Of a stretch of DNA of 64,000 nucleotides, positions 1 to 9,518 are shown in pieces (position 1 is the first letter of the stretch; each line of letters opens with the position of its first letter). A model generated the notes under the pieces. The model was not told the DNA's origin. It did not search any database and saw only the letters and a list, made by a program, of their open reading frames with translations. This stretch comes from Nitrospinaceae bacterium (lineage in GTDB: Bacteria > Nitrospinota > Nitrospinia > Nitrospinales > Nitrospinaceae). The DNA lies in assembly GCA_965237905.1 (NCBI GenBank), contig OZ250172.1, positions 1,152,001 through 1,216,000 on the forward strand, written 5' to 3'. The position numbers and the translations under genes were made by a program.

Positions 1-480
1 CTGAACGGCCATTCGCTGTCCGGAATGAACGACCGCGAATTAACCCAACTCCGCCGCCGGGACATCGGTTTCGTCTTCCAGTTTTTCAATCTCATGCCCA
101 CCCTGTCGGTCATCGAAAACATCGAACTGCCTCTCTTGCTCAGCCATGCCTCGCGCGAAGGTAAGGAAAGGATCGACTCGTTGCTGGATTACGTCGGTTT
201 GAAACACCGCGCCCGCTCCTTTCCCGCCGAATTGTCCGGCGGTGAAATGCAACGAGTGGCTATCGCCCGTGCGCTGGTGCATCAGCCCGCTTTACTGCTG
301 GCAGACGAACCCACCGGCAACCTCGATTCTGAAAACGGCATCAAAATTCTCAATCTCCTGAAACAGGCCAGTGAAGATTTCGAAACCACCGTGGTCGTGG
401 TCACGCACAATCCACAGGCGGCCCGATACGGTAACCGCCACTTCGAAATCCGCGACGGCACACTGGCAACCTTGAAATGA
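1..480 (+). CDS. ABC transporter ATP-binding protein (LolD/MacB-like), 5'-truncated by window edge
   Basis: Frame is open from base 1. IGFVFQFFNL, LSGGEMQRVAIARAL signature, LLADEPTGNLD Walker B and VVVTH switch. Confidence 0.93.
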   Translation: MNGHSLSGMNDRELTQLRRRDIGFVFQFFNLMPTLSVIENIELPLLLSHASREGKERIDSLLDYVGLKHRARSFPAELSGGEMQRVAIARALVHQPALLLADEPTGNLDSENGIKILNLLKQASEDFETTVVVVTHNPQAARYGNRHFEIRDGTLATLK

Positions 481-505
481 ATCTGGGGAGGATCCTCTAC
501 CAATC

Positions 506-3085
506 ATGAGCCTTCTGATTTATTTCAAAGATCTGTTCACCGCGCTCATCCTGCGCCCCTTGGTCCGCGATCCTTTCCGATTCGTCATCACCGTTCTCGG
601 GGTGGCCATCGGCGTGTCGGTTTTTTTGAGTATCCAGTTGGCCAACCGGCAAACCTTGCTGTCTTTTAGTGAAAGCGTCGATTTGGTGTTGGGCCGGGCG
701 GATGCGGTGATCGAGGCGGAGGGCATGCCTTTCGACGAAAAACATTTTAAAAGCCTGCTGCCGCTTCGGGAATGGATCAAGGTCTATCCCGTCATCCGTG
801 GCTACGGAGTGGAGGTAAACAGCAACGAGGTGGTCGAAATTATGGGCACCGACCTGCTTCAGGACAGCGGCGTGCGGAACTTCTCCCTTAAAACCACCAG
901 CCGGGATTTAAAGGGGCTCCTGCCGATCATTCTGGATCCCGCCAGCGTCGTCCTTCCCGAAAGGTTCATCCCCGAAACCGACTATCAACCCGGCGATCCA
1001 CTTCGTCTCATCATCGATGGCCGTGAACAAACCTTGAACATCAACGCCATCCTGGAGCACAAAGGGATCGCCAAAGCGTTGAACGGCAATTATGTGATCA
1101 TGGATATCGCCGCAGCGCAAAAGGTTCTCGGTAAAATCGGCAAGCTCGACCGCATCGAAGTGGAGTTTTTGAAGAACAAGGATTTTCCCCGCATGCAACA
1201 CATGATTGCCGAAGTGCTCCCCGATTATTTGCGGGTGGACCGGCCGGAGCGCAGAAACCGGCAGGTCGAAAAAATGTTGCGTGCGTTTCAATACAATCTG
1301 TCGGCACTCAGCTTCGTCGCTTTGCTGGTCGGCCTGTACCTCATTTACAATATGATTTCCCTTTCGGTGGTGCGCCGCAGAACGGAAATCGGTACCCTGC
1401 GTGCCCTGGGCGCTACGCCGGGATTGATCGCCGCTATTTTCCTGTTGGAAGCCGGAGTGATCGGGGCTATCGGTTCCCTGATCGGTATCGGGTTCGGATA
1501 TTATATGGCGCAGTTTTCACTGGAGGCGGTGGCGATCACCATCAACAATCTGTATGCCTCCACCCAGGTGACGGAGGTGGATTTCGATTGGAATCAGGGA
1601 AGCCTCTATTTTCTGGTCGGAGTCGGGTTGTCGTTCGTATCGGCGATCATCCCCGCTTACGATGCCGCCACCACCTCGCCGACCCAGGTGATGCGGCGCG
1701 GCAGTTACGATCTCAAAATTTTTCGCGGCAACCGGAAACTCACCTTCATCGCTCTGGGCATTTTTGGGCTGGCAGGTCTCTGCTCGCAACTCCCCGCCAT
1801 CGGCCAGTTTCCATACTTCGGATTCCTGTCCGTCTTCTTCATTATATTAGGCATCTCCTTCATCGCTCCATCGGGATTGCTGGTCCTGCGCGATCTTTCG
1901 CACGGCCTGTGCAAGCGATGGTTCAAGGGGGAGGGTCTGCTGGCCAGCATGAACCTGTCGCAGAACGTGGGGCGCAACTCCATTGCCGTGGCGTCCCTGG
2001 CCATCGCGTTTATGATGGTAATCAGCATGTCGATCATGGTGCACAGTTTCAGGCAAACGGTGGTGGTGTGGATTGACCAGACCCTCCGGGCGGATTTGTT
2101 CGTGCGCGCCGCCGCCGGGAAAAACATCGATTACCAGTACACGCTCCCTATCGATCAAGTGACGGAGCTCCGGAATATTGAAGGTGTGCAAGCCGTGGAC
2201 CTGTTCCGCGCCATCCATATTTCCTACAACGACGAACCCGCCATCCTGGCCTCCGGCGATTTTAACGCCCTGTCGCGTTACGGCAACCTGGTGATCAAAG
2301 ACGGACCGCCCGCCACTGAACTGGCGGGGTTGATGGTGGGACAGAACCGCGCCATCGTGTCGGAAGCGTTTTCATTGAAGCATGAGGTGGCACGGGGCGA
2401 CCGCTTGACCCTGAGCACTCCCAACGGACCTTTGGAAGCGGAAATTGCCGCCGTCTATTACGATTATTCGCAGGAGCGGGGTTACATCGTGATCGACCGC
2501 GGGATTTACCTGAAGCATTACAACGATCCCAACGTCAACAGCTTCGTCGTTTACCTTAAGGACAAGCAACAGCTACCCTCGGTGCGCAAAGAGATCATTC
2601 GTACCATCGGGAATTCCAGGCGCATCTTCGTGCGTTCCAATCAGGAACTGAAAACCGAAGTACTGAGGATTTTTGACAGAACCTTCGCCATCACCTATTC
2701 GCTGGAGATTATCGGTATCGGCGTAGCGGTGTTGGGATTGTTCAATACGTTGATCTCGCTGATTATCGAGCGGCGGCGGGAAATCGGGATTCTGCGTTTC
2801 ATCGGAGCGTTTCAGGAGCAGGTCAAAAAAATGATTCTGATCGAGGCAGGCCTGCTGGGAGTGATCGGTTCCGTGCTGGGACTGGCGGCGGGAATCGTCG
2901 TCTCTTATCTTCTGATCTTCGTGATCAACAAGCAATCGTTCGGCTGGACCATTCAGGTGTTCTTCCCCTATGGATTCATACTCATCGCAGTCACTTTGTT
3001 CTGGATCGTCGCCTGCATGGCTGGCCTCTACCCCGCCCGCCTCGCCACCCGCCTCAACCCCAAAGAATCCGTGAGAGCGGAGTAA
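506..3085 (+). CDS. ABC transporter permease with duplicated MacB-PCD/FtsX domains
   Basis: 859 aa. Two FtsX-type repeats (RRTEIGTLRALGA, RRREIGILRFIGA) with multiple TM segments. Follows the ATPase gene. Confidence 0.9.
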   Translation: MSLLIYFKDLFTALILRPLVRDPFRFVITVLGVAIGVSVFLSIQLANRQTLLSFSESVDLVLGRADAVIEAEGMPFDEKHFKSLLPLREWIKVYPVIRGYGVEVNSNEVVEIMGTDLLQDSGVRNFSLKTTSRDLKGLLPIILDPASVVLPERFIPETDYQPGDPLRLIIDGREQTLNINAILEHKGIAKALNGNYVIMDIAAAQKVLGKIGKLDRIEVEFLKNKDFPRMQHMIAEVLPDYLRVDRPERRNRQVEKMLRAFQYNLSALSFVALLVGLYLIYNMISLSVVRRRTEIGTLRALGATPGLIAAIFLLEAGVIGAIGSLIGIGFGYYMAQFSLEAVAITINNLYASTQVTEVDFDWNQGSLYFLVGVGLSFVSAIIPAYDAATTSPTQVMRRGSYDLKIFRGNRKLTFIALGIFGLAGLCSQLPAIGQFPYFGFLSVFFIILGISFIAPSGLLVLRDLSHGLCKRWFKGEGLLASMNLSQNVGRNSIAVASLAIAFMMVISMSIMVHSFRQTVVVWIDQTLRADLFVRAAAGKNIDYQYTLPIDQVTELRNIEGVQAVDLFRAIHISYNDEPAILASGDFNALSRYGNLVIKDGPPATELAGLMVGQNRAIVSEAFSLKHEVARGDRLTLSTPNGPLEAEIAAVYYDYSQERGYIVIDRGIYLKHYNDPNVNSFVVYLKDKQQLPSVRKEIIRTIGNSRRIFVRSNQELKTEVLRIFDRTFAITYSLEIIGIGVAVLGLFNTLISLIIERRREIGILRFIGAFQEQVKKMILIEAGLLGVIGSVLGLAAGIVVSYLLIFVINKQSFGWTIQVFFPYGFILIAVTLFWIVACMAGLYPARLATRLNPKESVRAE

Positions 3086-3096
3086 GTAATTTTAGA

Positions 3097-4845
3097 TTAT
3101 TCTCCAGACTGGCTGTTGCTGAGGTCGAGGAGTTTCATTTCGATGGAGTTGCGGCCGCCCCAGGTGTTGCGGCGCAGTTCGTAAACGATGTCGACCGGTT
3201 GGTTCGCGTCGATGGATTGAAAAGCGTGGGCCAGGTTGAAACCGATGACGTTCCGGAAATGGTTGTCCTGAAATGCCCGGAAGCGAACATGGTTGTCCTC
3301 GCGGCCGACGAATTTGACGTCGCGCGCCCGAACGTCACGCGAGATAAAAATGGGAACCTTGTTCATCTGCCCGAACGGTTCCAGCATTTCAATTTCCCCA
3401 TAGAGCTCATGGGTAATATCCTCCATCGTCAGCGTAGCGTCCACTTTCAATTCCGCCACCAGGCAGTCTTCGGTGAGGTATTCGTCCCCCACCTTGTTGA
3501 TGGCTTTCCGGAAATCGTCCACCCGGCCCTGCTCAATATTCAATCCGGCGGCATAGGCGTGTCCGCCGTACTGGATGAGATGTTCCGCGCATTGCGTCAT
3601 CGCCTTGACCAGGTTGAACGAAGGAATGCTTCGCGCCGAGCCTTTACCCTTACCGTCTTCGAGCGCAATGAGGATCGCAGGACGGTAAAACTTTTCCGCC
3701 AGTTTGGCGGCGACGATGCCGATGACTCCCTGATGAAAATTTTCCGATGCCAGGACAATGACATTTTCATTTTCAAGATCTACCTGTCGCTCCAGCAGAT
3801 ATTCCGCTTCCTCGAAACACCATTTCTGCGTTTCCTTGCGCTCTTCGTTGAGTTCGTCCAGCGACTTCGCCATTTCCATCGCTTCATTGAGGTCGGACGA
3901 TACCAGCAGATGCAGGCCGCGGTCCGGTTGACCCAGTCTTCCGGCGGCGTTCAGGCGGGGTCCCATGCCGAAGCCCACGGAAGAGGAGTCGACTTTGCCT
4001 TCGATCCCGACGACTGATTTCAAAGCGATCACTCCCGGCTTGACGCTGTTGCGCAGGGCCTCCAGCCCGTGCGACGTGAGCACATGGTTTTCGTCGATTA
4101 ACGGCGCCATATCAGCGATGGTGCCTAGAGTAAACAGGTCGAGATGTTTTTTGAGATTTGGAAGCCGGTCCTCGTCCCAGCCCGCGTCCAGCAATCCCCG
4201 GCGAATCCCTGCCGCCAGTTTGAACACGATGCCGACGCCGCTCAAAAACTTGAACGGATAATTGCAGTCGGGCTGATGGGGGTTCAACACCGCCAGCGCG
4301 TCGGGCAATCCTTCCACCGCAATCTGATGATGGTCCGTTACGATAACCTCCATACCGATCTTATTGGCGTGCGCCACCTGCGATAACGCAGTGATTCCTG
4401 TATCCGCCGTGATCACCAATTTACTGCCGCGCGCCTTAATGGTTTCCAACGCCTTATCGTTGAGGCCATAGCCTTCTTCCATTCGGTTGGGCAGATAATG
4501 AGCAAACGGCGCGTCCAACTCCCGGAAGAAATGCACCATCAATGCGGCGGAGGTCACTCCATCCACATCATAATCGCCATAAACCGTGACGGTTTCCCGG
4601 TTCTGGATGGCCTGAACGAGGCGCCGGACAGCCACATCCATGCCCCGCATCAAAAAAGGGTCATGAGTGATATCCAACCGCGCGTCCAGAAAAAAACGGG
4701 CCGCATCGGGATCTCCGAGGCCGCGGTTGACCATCAGTTGGGCGAGCAAAGACGAAAGACCCCCGTCTTCCTTCAACCGGTCGACTGTTTCATCTTCCGC
4801 GTTGGCGAACACCCATTTTTTGTTGAGCGCTGATAGCATAAACAA
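3097..4845 (-). CDS. recJ: ssDNA-specific exonuclease RecJ
   Basis: YGDYDVDG, TDHH, LGTIAD, GPRLNAAGRL, GSARS and GGHAYAAG motifs. Confidence 0.97.
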   Translation of the reverse strand: MFMLSALNKKWVFANAEDETVDRLKEDGGLSSLLAQLMVNRGLGDPDAARFFLDARLDITHDPFLMRGMDVAVRRLVQAIQNRETVTVYGDYDVDGVTSAALMVHFFRELDAPFAHYLPNRMEEGYGLNDKALETIKARGSKLVITADTGITALSQVAHANKIGMEVIVTDHHQIAVEGLPDALAVLNPHQPDCNYPFKFLSGVGIVFKLAAGIRRGLLDAGWDEDRLPNLKKHLDLFTLGTIADMAPLIDENHVLTSHGLEALRNSVKPGVIALKSVVGIEGKVDSSSVGFGMGPRLNAAGRLGQPDRGLHLLVSSDLNEAMEMAKSLDELNEERKETQKWCFEEAEYLLERQVDLENENVIVLASENFHQGVIGIVAAKLAEKFYRPAILIALEDGKGKGSARSIPSFNLVKAMTQCAEHLIQYGGHAYAAGLNIEQGRVDDFRKAINKVGDEYLTEDCLVAELKVDATLTMEDITHELYGEIEMLEPFGQMNKVPIFISRDVRARDVKFVGREDNHVRFRAFQDNHFRNVIGFNLAHAFQSIDANQPVDIVYELRRNTWGGRNSIEMKLLDLSNSQSGE

Positions 4846-4858
4846 TCCAAAAAGTTTC

Positions 4859-5467
4859 TTACCGGCGGCGGTTCAAATATTCCGCCACACCCTTAAACGT
4901 TTTCCGGTGAATGGGACACGGCCCGTACTGTTGAATCCGTTCACGGTGCAGCCGGGTGCCATATCCCTTGTGCAGGGAAAATTCATATTGAGGATACTGC
5001 TCGTGATATCGTTCCATTAACCGGTCCCGCGTCACCTTTGCCAATACCGACGCGGCGGCGATGGACAAACTCGCATCGTCACCGCCGATGATGGTTTTCT
5101 GGTGCGTGTCGCATTCGATGCCGCGGTTGCCATCGATCAAAAGCATATCCGCCGGCGCGGGAAGTTGTTCCACCGCCTTTTTCATAGCCAGCAATGCGGC
5201 CTGCAGAATGTTGATTTCGTCGATCGTATTTTCATCGACCCGGCCGATTCCAAATCCCGTACACTTTTCAATGATTTGATCGTACAGTATTTCGCGTAAT
5301 CTGGGGGATATTTTTTTGGAATCACGCAGGCCGGGCAGGGAAAGCTCGGGAGGCAACACCACGGCGGCGGCCACCACGGGTCCCGCCAGTGGCCCACGGC
5401 CCGCTTCGTCTACTCCCGCCACTGAACGGTATCCGGAATGTTCCGCTTCCCTTTCGTGGTCCCTCAT
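4859..5467 (-). CDS. rnhB: Ribonuclease HII
   Basis: GVDEAGRGPLAGPVVAAA, DSKK, SIAAASVLAKVTRD, KGYGT. Confidence 0.97.
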   Translation of the reverse strand: MRDHEREAEHSGYRSVAGVDEAGRGPLAGPVVAAAVVLPPELSLPGLRDSKKISPRLREILYDQIIEKCTGFGIGRVDENTIDEINILQAALLAMKKAVEQLPAPADMLLIDGNRGIECDTHQKTIIGGDDASLSIAAASVLAKVTRDRLMERYHEQYPQYEFSLHKGYGTRLHRERIQQYGPCPIHRKTFKGVAEYLNRRR

Positions 5468-5564
5468 CGGTTGCTCCTCCGTGGCGATAATAGGTTATTC
5501 ACCCTAAGCCCGCAACAGGAAAGTGCCCGTTGAAAAGTGGAGCGGCAAACTCTATAATCAATGC

Positions 5565-6479
5565 ATGTTGCTTAAGCGTTTCATCCCAATTGTTTTGATT
5601 TTTTCCTTCTTGTTGGGTTGCGGTAAATTCCCGTTTTCCAATCGTTATGAGAGCCCTCCGCCTTCTTCGGCCGATGCCATTCCGTCTCAGCAGGAAGCGG
5701 CCCTGGGAGAAGAGGCTTTCCAGGAAATCCTCAAAAAAGAAAAATTGTCGTTGGATGGCCAATTGATCACCATCGTGGAACGGGTGGGCCGGCAATTGGC
5801 GGCAGTGTCTCCCATGCCCAGCCTGAGGTGGGAATTCAAGCTGATCGAATCCAACCGGAAAAACGTCATTGCCCTGCCCGGTGGAAAAGTGGTTATCTAC
5901 ACCGGCATTCTCCCCGTTTGCGCCAACGAGGCCGGGCTGGCGGCGCTGATGAGCCATCAAATTGCTCATGACATTGCACGCCATCGTACGGAGCGATTAG
6001 CTGTAGCGATGAACACCGGAGGACAAGCAACGGCCACGCCGGTCGGTCTTTCCAATTCCAAAAATAAAAATGCCCTGCTGACGGCGCTGGGTATTGGCGC
6101 CGCTGAGAATGGGATCGGACCTTTTCACCCCAGTCATGAATTTGAAGCGGATGAAATCGGCATCATGCTGATGGTGAAGGCGGGGTACGACCCGGCGGAA
6201 GCCGAGCGTTTCTGGAGCCGGGTCAACACCATGCAAAAAGGTTCGCGTCCGCCGGAGGTTCTTACTCTCCATCCCATCGATCCCAAGCGCATGATGGACA
6301 TTCGCCGGTCGCTATCCAAAGCGTACCGGGCCTACCGGGCCAACCCGCTGAAGCACGGATTGGGCCAATCCTTCCTCTATATATTGAGCCGCAGAAAAAT
6401 GCGGGAGATGCAAAAGAAACCCTCTGAGCCACTCGAAGTTTATCCGGAAAAGTCGGCTCCCGCACCCTACCCTCATTAA
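5565..6479 (+). CDS. M48 (LoiP/BepA-like) metallopeptidase-family lipoprotein with HExxH altered to HQIAH
   Basis: Lipobox LLGC; NVIALPGGKVVIYTGIL, LAALMSHQIAH, EFEADEIG, AGYDP. ATG at 5565 chosen as start. Confidence 0.85.
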   Translation: MLLKRFIPIVLIFSFLLGCGKFPFSNRYESPPPSSADAIPSQQEAALGEEAFQEILKKEKLSLDGQLITIVERVGRQLAAVSPMPSLRWEFKLIESNRKNVIALPGGKVVIYTGILPVCANEAGLAALMSHQIAHDIARHRTERLAVAMNTGGQATATPVGLSNSKNKNALLTALGIGAAENGIGPFHPSHEFEADEIGIMLMVKAGYDPAEAERFWSRVNTMQKGSRPPEVLTLHPIDPKRMMDIRRSLSKAYRAYRANPLKHGLGQSFLYILSRRKMREMQKKPSEPLEVYPEKSAPAPYPH

Positions 6480-6486
6480 AACCCAC

Positions 6487-6516
6487 AAAAAAAACCGGCC
6501 TCGAAATCGAGACCGG
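6487..6516 (-). terminator. Rho-independent terminator downstream of rplS
   Basis: CCGGCCTCGA-AA-TCGAGACCGG stem (one G.U pair on the minus strand). The adjacent A8 tract reads as a U-tract on the minus strand. Confidence 0.75.
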
Positions 6517-6546
6517 CTCAGGAAACAGGTGTGTGCGAAACGGGAT

Positions 6547-6996
6547 TTATTCTTCGGTCTTGGCTTCGACCTTTTCTTCAGCCTTTACATCGGTATTTGT
6601 TTCAGCTTTGGCTTTGGATTTCTTTTTGGATTTACCCGCGCCCTTCTTGGACTGAACCCGGACCTCCTTCAGACGCGCCGCTTTACCACGCAGTTCGCGC
6701 AGGTAGTACAGCTTGGCGCGGCGGACTTTGGAGTGTTTCACCACTTCCACTTTTTCCACCCGCGGGGAATGCAGGGGGAAGATACGCTCGACCCCTACGC
6801 CGAACGACACTTTTCGTACGGTAATGGTTTTCCGGTTCTGACTGCCGCGCATTTTGATCACGACGCCTTCCACCACCTGGACGCGCTCTTTGCTTCCCTC
6901 GACAATGCGGATATGCACACGGGCGGTATCCCCAATGCGCACCTCGGGAGTTTTTTCCTTCATTTCCTTGTGTTCAATCTGATCCACCAAATTCAT
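6547..6996 (-). CDS. rplS: 50S ribosomal protein L19 with Lys/Ala/Glu-rich C-terminal extension
   Basis: [31 protein letters not shown]. Confidence 0.98.
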   Translation of the reverse strand: MNLVDQIEHKEMKEKTPEVRIGDTARVHIRIVEGSKERVQVVEGVVIKMRGSQNRKTITVRKVSFGVGVERIFPLHSPRVEKVEVVKHSKVRRAKLYYLRELRGKAARLKEVRVQSKKGAGKSKKKSKAKAETNTDVKAEEKVEAKTEE

Positions 6997-7064
6997 AAAA
7001 CCTGTCTCCTTCGACTAAAAAGCGCGGATCATATCAATATCCGCCCAAACTCTCAATAAAATAA

Positions 7065-7649
7065 TTATTCGGCCCGCGTTTCCCGCCCCAGCAGTCGGTC
7101 GAGAATGATTGCAATGGCCGCCCGGACCGGCAGGTGATTGTACCCGCTCAACCCATCAATCGGGGCCAGCACGATATCGGCCCGCTCCACAATCCCTGTC
7201 TCCAAACCCCATCCCGTTCCAAACACCAGCAGATGGGGATGATCTTCATTGAACGCTGCGCGCACCTCCTGGTACGACCGGCTTTGCGGAAACCGCTTGG
7301 CATCCGGGATCACCGTCTTCGGCTTCTGTCCCCGGCGTTGGGTGATCTCCGCCACCGCATCGTCCAGCACGTTCACCACACGGGTGTTGAGCAGGGCTCC
7401 CTTCCGGGTGGGGTTGTATTCCGACCCATAACCTTTCAGCCAATGCTCTATCAGGCGGCTCACCAGCTTCTGCTGGGTCTCCAGCGGCGTCACCACATAA
7501 AACGTGTTCACCGCATAAGTCCGGCATATCCGCGAGATGTCATGCACGTCCAAGGTCGTCACCGACGAGGTAACGATGTCTCCCGATTTGTTGTAGACCG
7601 GGAAATGAACCAGCGCGACGTCGATATTCGTATGAACCGATTCGGTCAA
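7065..7649 (-). CDS. SPOUT-family RNA methyltransferase (type often next to or fused with TrmD)
   Basis: ALVHFPVYNK, DVHDISR, LLVFGTGWGL, YNHLPVRAAIAIILDRL. Confidence 0.85.
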   Translation of the reverse strand: MTESVHTNIDVALVHFPVYNKSGDIVTSSVTTLDVHDISRICRTYAVNTFYVVTPLETQQKLVSRLIEHWLKGYGSEYNPTRKGALLNTRVVNVLDDAVAEITQRRGQKPKTVIPDAKRFPQSRSYQEVRAAFNEDHPHLLVFGTGWGLETGIVERADIVLAPIDGLSGYNHLPVRAAIAIILDRLLGRETRAE

Positions 7650-7670
7650 TCTGTGCCGTTTTTCACGGGT

Positions 7671-8375
7671 TTATTCAGAACCGTCCGTTTTAATCTTGCG
7701 AACCAAATCAGGACGGTATTTTGCCGTTTTCTTAAGCGCTGCCTGCCGCTTCCATTCCTCGATTTTCTTGTGGTCGCCGGACACCAAAACTTCCGGTACG
7801 GACCGGCCTTTGTATTCCCGCGGTCGCGTGTACTGCGGGTACTCCAGCATCTTATCGGAGAACGATTCGTCCGCCAGCGACTGTTCGTCTCCGACCACGC
7901 CGGGCACCAGCCGGGCCACGGTTTCCACCACGACCATGGCGGGCACTTCGCCGCCGTTCAATACATAATCGCCGATCGATAACTCTTCGTCGACCAGCTC
8001 GGAGACCCGTTCGTCGACCCCTTCGTAGCGTCCGCATACGAGGATGATTTCATCCTTGCGGGAAAGCTCCCAGGCTTTTTTCTGATCGAAGCGATAGCCG
8101 CCAGGCGACAACAAAATACTGTACGCCTTGGGACGATCCTTCTTCACCGCTTCCAGTGCCCGGTCGATGGGTTCGATATTCATCACCATCCCCACGCCGC
8201 CGCCGAAAGGCGTATCGTCCACCCGTTCGTGTTTGTCCAGTGTGTAATCGCGAAGATCGTGCGTCCTGATCTCGACGATGCCGTTATCCTGCGCCTTGCT
8301 CAACAGGCTTTCACGAAACGGGGAATCAAACATCCCGGGGAAAATCGATATGATGTCAAACCGGATGGTCTTCAA
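7671..8375 (-). CDS. trmD: tRNA (guanine-N1)-methyltransferase TrmD
   Basis: VDDTPFGGGVGM, CGRYEGVDERV, SIGDYVLNGGE, LEYPQYTRP. Confidence 0.98.
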   Translation of the reverse strand: MKTIRFDIISIFPGMFDSPFRESLLSKAQDNGIVEIRTHDLRDYTLDKHERVDDTPFGGGVGMVMNIEPIDRALEAVKKDRPKAYSILLSPGGYRFDQKKAWELSRKDEIILVCGRYEGVDERVSELVDEELSIGDYVLNGGEVPAMVVVETVARLVPGVVGDEQSLADESFSDKMLEYPQYTRPREYKGRSVPEVLVSGDHKKIEEWKRQAALKKTAKYRPDLVRKIKTDGSE

Positions 8376-8874
8376 GCAATCCCTCGATGATATGAAAAAT
8401 CAGTTTGTTCTCCTTCAGGTCAATCGACTTGACCACGGAGTCAATCATCGGAAGCAGGAGTTCTTTGTCGCCATCCTGAACCACATACACGTCATTACTG
8501 CCGGTGACAATGATTTCGTTCACTGTTCCGTAATACCGGCCTTCCTCGTCGAAAACCTGAAGACCCTCAATCTGGAACCAGTAATATTCGCCATCCGGCA
8601 AGGGTTGAAAATCCTCTATGTATATTTCGAGAGACCGCCCCACCAAGACCTGTGCCTGTTCAATGGTTTTGCAATCCTTGAACTTGACGATCCACCGCCC
8701 GCCTTGCCCGCGGACTTTTCCCAGCACCGTCTCTGTAGGCTCCACATCGTCACCCACAATGCGGGCGCGAGGGGCTCCCTGAACCAGACTCGGATCGGTC
8801 ACCGAAGGCCGAAGTTTGACTTCCCCCTTCAACCCATGGGTTTTTGTAATGTCACCAACCGGAACCCAATCCAT
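8356..8874 (-). CDS. rimM: 16S rRNA processing protein RimM
   Basis: THGLKGEVK, GEYYWFQIEGL, GSNDVYVV; conserved operon position. Confidence 0.96.
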   Translation of the reverse strand: MDWVPVGDITKTHGLKGEVKLRPSVTDPSLVQGAPRARIVGDDVEPTETVLGKVRGQGGRWIVKFKDCKTIEQAQVLVGRSLEIYIEDFQPLPDGEYYWFQIEGLQVFDEEGRYYGTVNEIIVTGSNDVYVVQDGDKELLLPMIDSVVKSIDLKENKLIFHIIEGLLEDHPV

Positions 8875-8877
8875 GAA

Positions 8878-9108
8878 TTATTCAATAATTTCCAAGACCG
8901 CTCTCTTCTTCAACTTGGTCGCGTTGGCATTCAAAATGGTGCGCATGGCCCGGGCGGTTTTTCCCTGTTTGCCGATCACCTTCCCCAAATCTTCCTTGGC
9001 CACTCTCAACTCCAGAACGGTGGTTTTTTCACCTTCGATTTCTAGAATTTCCACCTGATCCGGAAAATCCACCAATGCTTTCGCGATGACACTGATAAGA
9101 TCTTTCAT
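8878..9108 (-). CDS. khpA: KH-domain RNA-binding protein KhpA
   Basis: [18 protein letters not shown]; located between rpsP and rimM. Confidence 0.93.
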   Translation of the reverse strand: MKDLISVIAKALVDFPDQVEILEIEGEKTTVLELRVAKEDLGKVIGKQGKTARAMRTILNANATKLKKRAVLEIIE

Positions 9109-9214
9109 GCCCGATACCTCCCAGGTCAGCTGTAAAACCGATCTTATCTGTCAGCGGATCAACCGTTTTCACAGCATTCAGTGCGAAACACGAAGATCAA
9201 AAGGATGCCGTCCT

Positions 9215-9460
9215 CTATGCGGTAACTCCGGCTTTTTTCAAAAGCGATGACACGGTCTTGGAGGGTAAAGCTCCTTTTTTAATCCAACTCTGCGTTTTTT
9301 CTGCGTCAATTTTAAATTGATCCTCAGCTTTCAACGGGTCGAAGGTGCCCAACACTTCCAGAAACTTGCCGTCTCTCGGAGAACGTGAATCAGTTGCAAC
9401 CACCCTATAGAAGGGCCTCTTTTTTGCTCCTCGTCTGCTCAATCGAATAACTACTGCCAA
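9215..9460 (-). CDS. rpsP: 30S ribosomal protein S16
   Basis: [30 protein letters not shown] start with GGAGG RBS. Confidence 0.98.
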   Translation of the reverse strand: MAVVIRLSRRGAKKRPFYRVVATDSRSPRDGKFLEVLGTFDPLKAEDQFKIDAEKTQSWIKKGALPSKTVSSLLKKAGVTA

Positions 9461-9518
9461 TGTTTCCTCCTGCGTGAATGGAATAAAATTCCGTCTACAA
9501 AAATAATTCTAATCGTAT

